Shown piece after piece: positions 12,201-25,559 of a stretch of DNA of 64,000 nt. Made by a program: the position numbers and the translations under genes. The stretch lies in contig LWCA01000031.1 in NCBI GenBank assembly GCA_001642005.1, forward strand, positions 9,398 through 73,397, given 5' to 3'. The notes beneath the pieces are model-generated. The model did not search any database. It was not told the DNA's origin and saw nothing but the letters and a program-made list of their open reading frames with translations. Source of the stretch: Intoshia linei (Eukaryota; Animalia; Orthonectida). How positions within the stretch are numbered: the stretch's first letter is position 1; each line of letters begins with the position of its first letter.

Positions 12201-15200
12201 ATTAAAAATCAAAAGGATTCAATTTTAGTGCAAGTTAGAATACTTTCTATGACGAAAAATTAAAAACAAAATATAATAAAAAGTTTATTTATTCAGCCTT
12301 TCAGGTGTAAAATAGGATTTAAAAAAATATTTCATTCTAAGTATTAGGAGACAATCTTTTTTCACATCTAATCATTACTGTCAACAAGTGTAGAACGACT
12401 TGATGAGCAATTATTAAAATTTTTTATATGTAAATTGATATAATTATTTCAAATCTACATCAATATCTCAAAAACTTTAGTACACAATAAACGTTTTATT
12501 ATAATTATAAAAAAAACTTTAAATTAACTGTAATCGAAAATAATTACCGGTAATAATTTACCGATATTTAAACACTAATAGTGTCGTATATCCCTAACAA
12601 AATCCCTTCGGCTCTCGGCTTGATATTTAAATTTAACACACAAAATAGTTATGGCATTCAAGAATAAAATTTTTTTAATGCTCAATTTGGAATCGGGTAT
12701 GTTATGTTCGAAAATTAAAAATGACAAAATAAATTTTTATAATTTTATTTTTTTCTGGAATTTATGCTATTCATGAAAATGTTTAGGATTTGACTGTTTT
12801 TACTTTATTTTTAATATTATATATACATTTTGTCTAATAAATTAAAAAAATGCGATAACTGTTTTTAAAATTCTTTACGCAAATGTTAACAAAAAAAAAT
12901 AAGATAGAATAATTCCGTTTAAAGTAAAAAGCAAAGTGATATTATGGTTCCACTTAAAGCAGATTTAGGGAAACACTCCTTTAAAGCAGGCATTCTCAAC
13001 TTTTTTTTGCTATGGATCCCCAAAAAAAGTTAATCATAATGACAATTTTTGATAAATCATTACATATGGGTAAAACGAATGATAGTCAAAAGACATGGAG
13101 TACTCTATTTTTGCGAGATGATAAACTTGATGAACTATTAATATTAACCTTTAATCCGTCAATGTTCCCAAAATGGAACATGTTTTGTAGGTATTGTTTA
13201 CAGTGCATTATTAATTGTTTACTACTTATTTTATCAAATCAATAAAAAGTCTATATTATCAATCTTCCCTGTCAAAAATTAATATTTTAAATCCCTTGGT
13301 TGATGTTTATAGAATCATGAATATTGACTCATTTTTTGTCCCATTTTCAATTTGAAATTAAAAGCTTTTTTTATAACTAGAAACTTGGCTTGGTCATAAA
13401 TTTTAATATTATAATGCAATAAAAAAAATTCCGAATAAATGAATTATATAAATTTTTCACCCATGTCTTTATTGGAAATGTGTAGACCAGTGTTTCCCAA
13501 CCTTTTTTATGCTAGGCCCCACTTTTACTTTTAAAAAAAGTTCCATGCTCCACTAAAAAAAAATTCGAGCAAATTATAATAAAATAATAATAAAAACAAT
13601 AATAATGTATTTATTTTTTAGAATTAATGAGACGATTCAGTCTCACAATTCTGACAGAGTTTATTAATATTAGGTACTAATGTTGTAAGCTTTAATCGTA
13701 AATCTCCCCTTTTTTAAAAGTTGTAGTCTATTTTTTTTAGTAAGTCTAAAACTGCACTAAACCAGCATTCTGGTAAATAAGAAGATGGAAATGGCAACAA
13801 AGCAATCCTAGCAAAAATAGTTAAAGTCGGATAATTTTGCAAATTTGCAAATTTGGCATTTTGAATATACTCATCAATTTAGTTAAATTTAAATTCAATA
13901 GCCCACGATCATTAAAGATATATTTTATTTTTTATCATTCTAATAAATAATAATACAATTAATTGGTTCAAGTATTACATAATCATTTATAAACCTGAGA
14001 ATATTGTATAAAATTAACACTAAATTAGTCTAAAATTTTCATAATCCTATAGATTTGTAATATTTCCCAGGTCCCCAAAAAAGTTCGTCATGCTCCACCA
14101 GTGGGGTCTAACCCCACGGTGGGAAACACTGGTGTAGACGTACAATGCACATTTTTTTTTAAAATTGTAGGATCAATATTTACATTTTCAATTTTTGATT
14201 TTAATCGAAATATTTTGAAAAATATTGGTTGAATATTTTAAAAATTATTTTTCACCGGGAATGCGTAAATTTCTGGAGTTGAAATTTTGTATTTATATTA
14301 ATTGTAACAAGCTCTATCAGAATAATCGTTTTTTTTTAATTTTTGGACCGTTAATTTTTTCACATTTTTTGTTTTTGTTTTTGTTAATAAAATATTTTGG
14401 AAAAATAATATATGAATACTAAAATACTTTTTTGACCGTGACATCGTCACTTATTCGGATTGAAATTTTTTATGTGTGTTAACAGGATACAACTGTACCA
14501 CCTGTAAATTTTTTGAAATTCTAGGGCTGTTTTCATTAAAAAAAGAAAGGTAATTTGGGGTTTTGGCCTTGAATATATAAGTTTTTTAAATTTAAATTTA
14601 TGATAATGTTTATGATTTTAAAATCCGCATCAGCGTATATATTTTTTTTAANCGTCACTTATTCGGATTGAAATTTTTTGAAATTCTAGGGCTGTTTTCA
14701 TTAAAAAAAGAAGGGTAATTTGTGGTTTTGGCTCTTGAATATATAAGTTTTTTAAATTTAAATTTATGATAATGTTTATGATTTTAAAATCCGCATCAGC
14801 GTTTTTTAATTTTTCAACTCGTTTTAATTTTCAAAAAGAGGGACAACAGGGGTTTTTGACCTGTAAGATGTAAAATTGGAAGGTTGAAATTTATCTTATT
14901 ATACGTCTCGGAAAAAACTGTAATTAAAATGTAGTCTTTTAAATATTCTAAGAGTGGTAGTTATTTCAATAAAGTGGAACACACACATAGACACACAAAC
15001 AAAAATCGCGTAGCCTTTTATATAAGTTGTAACAACCAGATCCACTCATATGCAAGGGTCTCCGTAACCATGTCTAAAACGCCTATCGGCTTCCCTACTT
15101 CCATTCTTAACGAGGGGATACATTTCTAGTAGATTTTTCTTATTGATGTGGGCCCCAAAAAAGTTCTGTAGACCCCGTTGAAAATGGCTGCTTTAAAGAA

Positions 15201-17291
15201 TTGATTATTTTAATAGTGAATAGTAGGATTTTTAAGTTGGGTTTTTTAACGTGAATTTATTTTTTTGGTAGAATAAAAAATGTCTTTTCNTTTATATCAA
15301 CTGGAATAAGCTCTATCAGAATAATCCTTTTTTTAAATTTTTGGATTCGTTAATTATTTCATATTTTTTGTTTTAATAAAATATTTCGGAAAAAAAATAT
15401 ATGAATACTAAAATGCTTTTTTATCCGTGAAGTCGTCACTTATTCGGATTGAAATTTTTTGAAATTCTAGGGCTGTTTTCATTAAAAAAAGAAGGGTAAT
15501 TTGTGGTTCTGGCACTGAAGATATAGTTTTTAAATTTAAATTTATGATAATGTTTATGATTTTAAAATCCGCATCAGCGTTTTTTAAATTCTCCAACTCG
15601 TTTGATTTTCAAAAGGAGGGACAACTGAGGTTTTTCACTGTTAAGATGTGAAATTGGGAGGTTGAAATTTATGTTATGATACGTCCCAGAAAAAACTGTC
15701 ATTGAAATGTGGTATTTAAAAAATTCTAAGAGTACTAGTTATTTCAAAAAAGTAACACAGACAGACACACAAACAAAAATCGCGTCGCATTTTATATAAG
15801 TTAGGATATTGTAGCATAATAAATTTTTCTATTAACAGTTCAATTGTTATTTTTAATTTTTAAATAATGAACGATCTATTAAGCAATGTATAAATGTCCC
15901 ATTTTGTAAAAAAACACATTACTAGGGGCTTACAAATTGTATCTGGCCCGAGTCTAATGCTGGCTCTTCACGGTACTAGTTCTACATCTTAACAGATTTA
16001 TATTGTAATTTCAAAATAAAAATTTCAATCAATAGATTTCGGTCGAACTTCAAATTAAGTACATATTTTAATTAATATGATTATTTTAAATAATACCATA
16101 ATTTAGGTGTGTTGATATATTTTATACTACGGAAAACCAATTTTCTAATATGTGGAGTACTTGGAGCAATAATTTTTTGTGTACCGTTGTGTCTTTATCA
16201 TATTTATCCTTTATGGATATATGTTATAGTAATGATTAGCGGAGTGGCAACAATAGGTTTGGGATTTTTGTATAAAGTAGCTTATTTAAGTGTTGTTAGA
16301 TGTACCTCAAAACGACAAGGAATTGCATTAGGTATTACCACAGTGGGATCGTCAGTTGGAGGAGTCATATTTCCGCACTTCCTCTCCTTTACCCATACAA
16401 AATACTCAAAGTATTACATGTATATTGTATCATCAGCATTCTTTGTCATTATTAGTACATGTTCCATTATATATATCAACCTATCGGTTATACCCGAAAA
16501 AAAAACTGAAAGTAATTTAGACATAGTTGAAAGTAACAATAATGATTCAAAACAACTAAAACAAATTGTAATTTTAAAACAAGTCCCAAACAAAAATAGT
16601 GTAGATAATAAAGTAAATCAAAAATGTAAAATTAAATTTCTGAAAAAAGCTAATGTGGTATTTTGCATTCATATTTTTAAAAATCCAACGTTTATCTTTT
16701 TTTTGTTATGCTCCATTCCATTGACAACGTTTTCCTCAAATCCGTACATTTATATTGTGCAACATTTAAAACACAACGATGCTTCCGATTATATGGTTAA
16801 TTACGTTTTTTCAATAGTCAGTGTTTGTGGAGGATTAGGAAAATTTTTCATTGGTTTTGGTCGAGACAAATGTAAAATTTCTGCACAGTATCAATATTTT
16901 TTCACAATGATTATTATCTCAAGTTGCCACTTATCTTTGGCTGTTGTTTCTAATGTTTATCTAAAAATTACCCTATATGCTGTATACTCCTTCTTCCAAG
17001 TCAGTCAATACATACTACCTATATTTTGTTTTCCTGCTTCTTACAACCCACACGAAATCAACGTTGCATATTCGTATTATATGGCTATCGTTGGAATTTT
17101 TGTCATAATTGGAGGTCGCCTTTCAGGTAATTATTATTTGACAAACTACATAATTCTGTTTAGTATTAATTAAAGATACATATCCAGTGTTCTCTACAAT
17201 ATACTATGTGGGTGGAATAACATCATTAGTCGGAGCCATGTTTATGTTGGCGTTGGCTGTACATACGAAAAGAAAACAAATTTGTATTTAA
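9262..17291 (+). CDS. MFS transporter, SLC16/monocarboxylate transporter-like, copy 2
   Basis: Exons 9262-9451, 16107-17126, 17164-17291, with the same intron positions and phases as copy 1. Motifs DGWTYT, KRQGIALGITTVGS and GFGRDK. Intron 1 spans three N gaps, so the join is inferred. Confidence 0.75.
9690..10000 (-). mobile_element. Tc1/mariner transposase remnant (DDE domain)
   Basis: IWGCLTYCG...YIGIL...FIFQQDHARPH, then a PDLFPIENL-like motif. Interrupted by stops. Confidence 0.85.
11210..12577. mobile_element. Non-autonomous hAT (Ac-like) element
   Basis: Termini TAGTGTTT...AAACACTA, perfect 8-bp TSD ATAGTGTC (11202-11209 and 12578-12585), subterminal ACCGGT repeats. A related end fragment lies at about 36640-36760. 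Confidence 0.8.
11313..11972 (-). mobile_element. Buster/Charlie-type hAT deletion derivative nested in the Ac-like element
   Basis: TIR CAGGGTTTCTCAACC, TSD TCTTAAAT/GCTTAAAT. Internal EYVKYGFT...MNCHFIMCNSNLKP resembles the Buster N-terminal BED-finger region. Confidence 0.8.
12987..15190. mobile_element. hAT-type element inserted into Helitron-like family B
   Basis: TIRs CAGGCATTCTCAAC / GTTGAAAATGGCTG, 8-bp TSD CTTTAAAG at both ends, empty site ACTCCTTTAAAGG at about 27740. Spans an N gap. Confidence 0.65.
13488..14131 (-). mobile_element. Buster-type hAT MITE/deletion derivative
   Basis: TIR CAGTGTTTCCCA, perfect TSD GTGTAGAC with central TA, internal LLPFPSSYLPECWFS hATC motif. The empty site is at about 54873-54880 and a second partial copy ends at about 50067. 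Confidence 0.9.
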
Positions 17292-17335
17292 TATATTAAC
17301 AAATGTACAAAAATGTAACAATATTAAACGTAACT

Positions 17336-18359
17336 TTAACTCTTCTTACTCACGTTTTCAACTGCATCGGCAATAGACTTGTATTTATCGTTTGAACATA
17401 CATCAGAATCTGATATAGACTTTTTCTGAATAATTCGCAGTCTAAAGGAAAATAAATTTTAAATAAAATAAACTAATAAACCTAATTTTTGAAACAACGT
17501 CGGACATGAACCCCTTGACATCGACCATGATCAAAACTAGTACTATCAAGGTAATGTACATTACAATGGTTTCTACCAAAATTGGCAAAATTAAATTATA
17601 ATTATTGATGTAGCTAAACAAGAAAAATGCATCACAGGCACAGTTTATTATTGCAGCCAAGAAGCACCGTAAGGTTTCACTTCTGTTACCCATTGGAGCT
17701 GTGATGGTGGTAGTAATCAATGTTAAAAACGTGAATAGGTACATTAATAATGATAGAGATGGTGTCGTTAAAGTCATTTTGATAGCCAGTAAGGTGTTCT
17801 GACTCGGTCTGTAGATGGAGAAGAAATCGTCCAATAATCTAGGCATATAACATAAATCTTTTATTGATAGCAAAAAGAGCAGTATCAACGTTTCAATGCT
17901 TGCAACAGTCACAATAACAGAAGTTGAAATCAACAACGGTGAAATTACGAACCACGTACTACTGCACCATTTATTATAGTATTCAAATTTGACCAGTTTT
18001 AAAAATATTGAAATTGCCATAAACGTGAAACTTGCCGACACACAAGAACGTATTACCATGTACAATATAACCGTGACTAAACTGAGACAATTATCTTTTG
18101 CATGGTTCATGTTGTTTGTGAATATAAAGTTTATCAAAGCCCATATATTTGTGATAAAAAAACACAAAACAATATTGCTAAATGGAAAATAATCAGTTAT
18201 ATTAATATCATCAACTTACTTGGTGAAACACAACATTACGGAAAAGTTTTTTTTCGTTATAATTACACATACAGCCCAAAATATGAACGCAAAACTTAAA
18301 AACATCAACACCTTGATGACAAGCATTATAATTTCATATTCATTGTGGGTTAGATTCAT
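17336..18359 (-). CDS. Orphan 7-transmembrane GPCR-like protein (about 313 aa)
   Basis: Exons 18359-18220, 18177-17482, 17441-17336. N-terminal NLT sequon, about seven hydrophobic segments, Cys before TM3 (DNCL) and in the second extracellular loop (DLCY), polar C-tail. No DRY or NPxxY motif. Confidence 0.6.
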
Positions 18360-20599
18360 ATTCGATTCAGCATACAATTAGTTTTATTAATGAAACTTTA
18401 TTTATTCCAGTAGTATTTGCATTGTAATGTTTATTTAGAGATTACATACAATGTCAATAATACATACATGTATTATTATGGTTTCATTTTATAGCAGCAT
18501 CTTTAATTTTTTCAGTCCAGTAAATTATCAATATCCGATAAATAATGGATAATGTGTAAATTATAATGTATTATTTATAATAATTAACAAGGCGCGGTAC
18601 TGAAAAATGTAACATGTTAAAACATATATCATTATAATCCTCTCAGTTCACAGGCAGATACTTTTTTTCCAGATCCTCTTAAGAAGTTATTCCAGTTTTG
18701 AAATTCTAAATATTTACATGCCTACTTTGACCCAATTGAACTTATCCGTTTAATTTTATTAATTGTTTTGCGTTAATAATTTAAAATGATATTTAATTTT
18801 GAAATTTATAGCACAATATTCATTATTTGCGTTGACGTGTGTATTACTTCACACAAAATTGTCAATCTAAGATGAGCACGGAAAGCGCGTAAATATTGTG
18901 ATGAAACAATTTGAATAAAACACGTTCAATGCACATTTTTTTTTGAAATTGTTTGATCAATACAATGTTTGTATTTACATTTTCCATTTTAATTTTAATC
19001 GAAATATTTGAAAAATATTGAGTGATAGTATATTAAAAATTATTTTTCACCGCGAATGTGTAGATTTCTGGGATTGAAATTTTGTATTTATATCAACTGG
19101 AATAATATGTATCAGAATAACCTTTTTTTTAATTGTGGCACAGTTAATTATTTCACATATTTTTTTTTAATAAAATTGTTTCAAAATAAAAAAAATATGA
19201 ATACAAATATGTACTAAAGTGCTTTTTTGACCGTGAAGGTGTCACTTATTCAGATTGAAATTTTTTGTGTGTGTTAAAATGATACAACTGTACCACCTGT
19301 AATTTTTATAAAATTCTAGGGCTGTTTTTATTTAAAAAAAATGGTAATGTGGGTTTTAATCGTGATAATTATCTTTTTTGAGGTTTCCATTTATAGTAAT
19401 GTTTATGATTTTAAAAACTATCCCAGAACAATAGTTATGAAAGTATAGCTACTTGTATACCAGAAGTTATGTTTAAAATAATTTTGGGACATGTTTCAAT
19501 GTTAAAAAAAGGGTAATTTGAGGTTTTGACTGTGAAGGTATGCGTTTCGGAGACTGAAATTAACGATAATGTTAATAATTTTAAAGCGCGTTCCAAAAAG
19601 TATATTTCTAAAAAGAGGCTAACTATTGTATTTATTATTAATTAACGTATTGAATAAGCGACAATATATATTTCCGACACGTAAAGTCTCAGAAACGTTA
19701 GGTTACGTTACGTCTGGTATTCAGTATAAATAACTCAAATTTGAAATACGTAAACTTAAACAATAAAACAGGTATTATAATGTCTTGATTCGATTTAAAC
19801 GCATATTTGATCAGATTATAAATTAATCATTATATTTATATATATGAATTATATAATTGAATAATTATTCAATTATTATTTTATTTAATATAATTTATAC
19901 ACTCATAATGCACAGCCTAAATTTATTATTTATTTATTATTATTTTCTAAATTTAGAACTGACATTTAGTTCAAAAAAATTACTCATCCAAAATTTCAAC
20001 ATTTTCTGATTTGGCACACTTTCAGGAGTGTTTTAAAAAAAAATTAAAAAATTCTTAGTAGCGTTTTTGAGTAAAAGTCAAAAATGTATATTTTTCTCCA
20101 AAAATTTAAATAGATGGAAATTTCAATGTCTTAAAACTTTTAAATTCAAATTTTTTTAATTTTGAAAGACTTCAAACATTTTGTAAAAGTTAATTGAAAT
20201 GGCATATATGTATAATATAATATGCTACGCGATTTTTGTTTGTGTGTGTGTCTATGTGTTCAACTTTATTTAAATAACTACGCGTCTTAGAATTTTTTAA
20301 AGACCACATTTCAATTACAGTTTTTTCCGGGACGTATAATAAGATAAATTTTAACCTCCAAATTTCATATCTTACGGGTCAAAAACCCCAGTTGTACCTT
20401 CTTTTGAAAATCAAACGAGTTGGAGAATTTAAAAAAATATATACGCTGATGCGGATTTTAAAATTATAAACAATATCATAAATTTAAATTTAAAAAAATT
20501 ATATCTTATGAGTAAAATCTTATGACATATAGGTGAAAATCTATATAATTCATTCCTTCGGAATTTTTTTATCTATCTGGTAATGTTTCATTTTTCAAT

Positions 20600-21125
20600 T
20601 TATTTTTAATCAGAGATGATGTAACTTTATCTGTGCATTTTTAACTACCAGATTCAACAAGTACCTGAATATTGTCAACTCTCATAGCTTCAGTACAGGA
20701 ACGCAACTTACCACGAGCTAATGTTGATAGGCAAAAGCTGCATACTATCATTGGCGAAGGTTTTTTTTGACATATTTTTATATACAAATGATGTTAATTT
20801 TTTTGACACTTCAAAATCACTCTCCTGTTTTTGGACGTCCAGAAGAATTACGTTTTTTAATTTTAAGAACATCATTATTACTATTGAAATTGAATGATAA
20901 TTGTGATAGGCAAATTGTACATAAACAAGTTTTGTTCAGCGAAGATCGAATATTCCGTTTAGAATTAATGGTGAGTTTAAAATAATCAAAATTTTCAATT
21001 TTTCTACTGAAAATATCATTTTCATATTCATGGACAATTTTCTGGCAGTTGCTGCATATCACATTAGGTAAACGATCATCATTTTTATCAATACCTTGAT
21101 CAAAATATAGCTCAACCAGTGACCA
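20600..21125 (-). mobile_element. Chapaev transposase N-terminal (Chapa zinc-finger) remnant
   Basis: DDRLPNVICSNC...CLCTIC...GRPK, then IVCSFCLSTLARGK in another frame. Upstream it abuts a CAGTGGCGTAACG hAT-like end at 21141. Confidence 0.65.
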
Positions 21126-23315
21126 TACAAGAGTAGAGATCAGTGGCGTAACGTCATAGTGTGCAAGGTGTTCGCCGAACACCCTAGACAATTTAAAATT
21201 TAAAAAAATTATATTTAATAAATAACATAATTTTTATTATTTAAGTTCGATATCACATCATAGTTCATATTCGATATTCATATATTATGTCAATAATAAA
21301 TTATCTGTTAAAATCTATCTTTCAAAAACAGTACTAAATTTTAAACTCATAATAAATTTGTACATCGTAAAAATTGCATAAATATTTTCTATAAAGATTT
21401 ATATTCTAAAATTATACTCAAGGTGTCTTGACAATTTAGCGAACACAATTTCATAGTATTTTAATGATTAATTTATGCTCACATTTATAATATGAAAATA
21501 TTTTCTATAGAGATTTACATTGTCAAATTTTACTTAAGGTGTGTTGAAAATAAAATAAACAACTTACACTTAGATATAGATTTAGACTTTAACCCTTTCA
21601 CAGTCTGTGTATTCTATACCAGTGCTAGCCAAGTTAAATTTTAAAAAAATGAAAAATGAGGAACTTGTGCAATTAAAGTTTATTATATAATGTTCATGTA
21701 TTAGTGTCGCAAACTTCGTGTTGATAGTAAACACGAATAGAATGTCATTTTATAAATATTAAAATACAACAAAGACTAAATTGAGTCAATACACTAATAA
21801 ATGATGTTAGAGTTTACAATTTATATAAAAATAAAACATTGAATTCAAATTTATAATGTTAAACTATCAAGTAACTNAAAATCCGCATCAGCGTATATAT
21901 TTTTTTTAATTTTTCAACTCGTTTTAATTTTCAAAAAGAGGGACAACAGGGGTTTTTGACCTGTAAGATGTAAAATTGGAAGGTTGAAATTTATCTTATT
22001 ATACGTCTCGGAAAAAACTGTAATTAAAATGTAGTCTTTTAAATATTCTAAGAGTGGTAGTTATTTCAATAAAGTGGAACACACACATAGACACACAAAC
22101 AAAAATCGCGTAGCCTTTTATATAAGTTGTAACAACCAGATCCACTCATATGCAAGGGTCTCCGTAACCATGTCTAAAACGCCTATCGGCTTCCCTACTT
22201 CCATTCTTAACGAGGGGATACATTTCTAGTAGATTTTTCTTATTGATGTGGGCCCCAAAAAAGTTCTGTAGACCCCGTTGAAAATGGCTGCTTTAAAGAA
22301 TTGATTATTTTAATAGTGAATAGTAGGATTTTTAAGTTGGGTTTTTTAACGTGAATTTATTTTTTTGGTAGAATAAAAAATGTCTTTTCTGCAAAGCTAA
22401 ATGCTGTTTGTACGTAGTACATAACAGTCAACCTAGTAAGATTATATATGTTACCGTCCGTTTGGAATTTCACTCATTTTGAAAAATATAGAATTAATAA
22501 TGATGAATGAAGGTCTACCAGTGTAAAAAAGTATTATATCTTTTTTTACTATAAGTATTTTTTCTTTTTATCGGTCTCCTTATGAGGTTAAAGGTCCGAT
22601 AAGGAGTCCCAGAAATTATTTTTATATTATTATATATATTAAATATATAATTAGTATATTATATAGTTCAATCATTAACGATTTTTCAGATTTCCATTTT
22701 TGGTCAAATAGAGTTTGAACAATTTTTTAAATTATTATAGTGTCATACTTACACTAAATTATACTTAATATGAGGGTACGAAATTATTTTTTTTCAGTTT
22801 AGGGACTTATTTACCAACTGTGAAGTATGTTGGGTACCGCTGATGTAAAGTAATTAAATTAAAAATTATTATATTATATAATATATAATATATTATATAA
22901 TTAACTATATACACATTATTATAATATGTGTTTATTTATTTATTTGTCTGTCTGCATGTTTCAGTTTATTTAAGAAAGTAAGAGGAGTTAAGTTTTAAAA
23001 TTCCATATTTCTATTACGGTTTTTCGAGAGTGATGTTTTATCGTAAATGTTATTTTCAAAAATTGTGTCCTTCAAGGTCAAATACCCCAATTACTTTAAA
23101 ATATTATCAACCAATATTTTTTTAATGTTTGGATTAAAATTAAAAATGGAAATGTTCTACATCGAAAAGTAAATAATTTTATAAATGTTTTAATTCAGTC
23201 ATAGAAAAAGTGCGATTTCCGTACATTTAAAATAAATAAACTACCAAATAAAGACATCTGACTAAAATTATTAAAAAAGACTTTCAATTTAAAATTTTTA
23301 TTTTTTATATTACAA

Positions 23316-25559
23316 AAAGAGGTGCGCGAACGCTACCTCGAAACGAAAAATATTTTGCCCAACAATGCATTGCAAAGTTGCAGATAGTTAAATTACTTTG
23401 TGCAATATAATTTAGCAATCTGGTCTAGAATCTCCATGATCATCCTAGATACCGCAATCGTAAATTAAAGGATAATAAAAAACTTTGCTTATTTATAAAT
23501 CAACAGAAAAAAGTGACAAAATTAGCATAATTTATGCATTTAGACAAAATTAAACACTAGAAATTTATCACGAATCATATATAAATTTAAATTTTGATAA
23601 TATGCATATTAATAATATAAGTTAATATGTTGAAAATTAGGAAAATATTATAAATTAACATAAAATGAAATGAATCTTTATCAGAAATTTTCGATATAAC
23701 TTTTAAATTTTAATTACTTTGGAAATTGAGTTATTATGTAAATAAAAAAGGATTTTATGTACATTGTACACTACATTATTAAAAGTAAGATTGAAAATAA
23801 ATAAAATTTAGTTCAAAATCTACTTAGCACGTTAACTTGATAATAAAAGTACAAAAATATAATAAAAAGTACAAATTCTGATTAATATTCCAATTTTGAT
23901 TCAATTAAGTGAAATAAGTTTATTTAACTGTAATGTAAGTTTACAAGCAAGATCATAATTACTCAGTGTGGGTATTATATTTCAAAATAATAAGCCTTTT
24001 CAAGTCAAATTGATCACATAATACTAATTAATACATAAGTCAAAAGAAAAAATCAAGGACAGTTACATAACCGACATGTACTACGTGATATTTTTAACTG
24101 TAACAATTAATTGAAACAATGAAACATTACATTTGACATACATTGTATATTGAATACATACAATTATAATTGAATCCAATTTATTTAAATTAGTTAATTT
24201 GAAAAAAGCAATCTAGATTTCTATTATTTTTTCGTATTGTTATTAATCCAATTAAACTGGTCCATATATTAAATTATATACTATCAAATACCCTGCAATA
24301 TAAAATATTTGATTTAATGCTGGATAAAACCAATTCTTTAATCTGTACAAATAACGAAAATCAAAAGATTTCACAGGATGTAAACTTTAAAAGTGGAATA
24401 CATCAAAAATGTCGCAAGTATCTGTCACTGTTGAATCAATATCAATTAGATTACAAAAGTTGGTATGATAAAAGACAAAGATCTTTTTCTTTTGAATTAT
24501 CAAGCATCAGATCTGTACACCCTAATCAAAATTTAAAATTTGAATTCATCAAGGATTTATTGTCTGTATATTTTCTATGTAAAAATAGCAAAAATACTAA
24601 AATGTGTTTACTTGAAGAATATTACCAACAATACACTAGAGTACATAATATTATTAAAGAAATTTTCAAATTTATTAAATTACAAAATTTGTTTATTTTG
24701 TTCAACTATAAACCTTACACTATACTTGAACCGGCAAAACTAAAATTTGATGAAATAAAATATTTCAAAAGTCACCCTCAATGTCTTTCCTTCAGTAACG
24801 GAAATTTTATTAAATTTATCCATGAAAAATGTCACATTATTGATAAAAATTTAATTAAGTTTATCATTATACGATTGTATCAGGAAGATTTAAAAAATTG
24901 TAACGATTGGCGAACCTTTTCACTGGATGAACTCAATATTGCTAAATATCCCAATGTATGGTAAATTTTTGTCTAATTTCTATTAACATCAATGAGTGTA
25001 AGTAAAAATAAATACATTAACATTGATTACATTCAATTAATATCACAAAAGTTATGTAATATTCATTGCTTTTATGTACAGAGTTTAATAGTAAATAAGT
25101 TAATTGTGCATAACATTACATTGTACATGTTATTTAATTTATCTAATTATATTTTGATTAAATTAAATATAAAAGATTAATACCAAAGAAATTAAAATAA
25201 GAATTTTTACCAGTTTAAAAATAACGAAAGGTAAAAATGACGCTTAAAAACATGATAAATTTTATTTTTAATAGAATACTATAAACGTAAAATAATAATT
25301 GTTTTATTTAAAAATTTATTTAAACCCAATCCGTTCATATATTAGGATTTTAAAATAAATATTTGATAAAAAATATCTTTTTAAAAGAATTATAATATCG
25401 TATAGTTAATTTACGACTGAAGTATCCGAGATGATCATATAGCTCTCGGGCCAGATGTCGTTATTATATTACATACAATTTTAAAGGTATCTGCAACATT
25501 ACATTATATTTGTTGAGCAAATAATTTTTTATGGTTGGGTAGCGTTCGCGCACCTCTTT
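23316..25559. mobile_element. Unclassified element with imperfect terminal inverted repeats of about 150 bp
   Basis: AAAGAGGTGCGCGAACGCTACC is perfectly inverted at both ends and similarity continues for about 150 bp. A copy of the right end is at about 43829-44290. No TSD was found. Confidence 0.7.
24317..24964 (+). CDS. Orphan intronless 215-aa ORF inside the inverted-repeat element
   Basis: A 648-bp open frame in very AT-rich DNA is unlikely by chance. No recognisable domain. Confidence 0.45.
   Translation: MLDKTNSLICTNNENQKISQDVNFKSGIHQKCRKYLSLLNQYQLDYKSWYDKRQRSFSFELSSIRSVHPNQNLKFEFIKDLLSVYFLCKNSKNTKMCLLEEYYQQYTRVHNIIKEIFKFIKLQNLFILFNYKPYTILEPAKLKFDEIKYFKSHPQCLSFSNGNFIKFIHEKCHIIDKNLIKFIIIRLYQEDLKNCNDWRTFSLDELNIAKYPNVW

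Noticed and set aside
14653-22389. Near-identical duplication of about 500 bp (about 14790-15289 versus 21878-22389)
   Set aside because: Both copies abut single-N gaps and 14620-14651 matches the start of the 21878 block exactly, so a scaffolding artefact is more likely than a real duplication.
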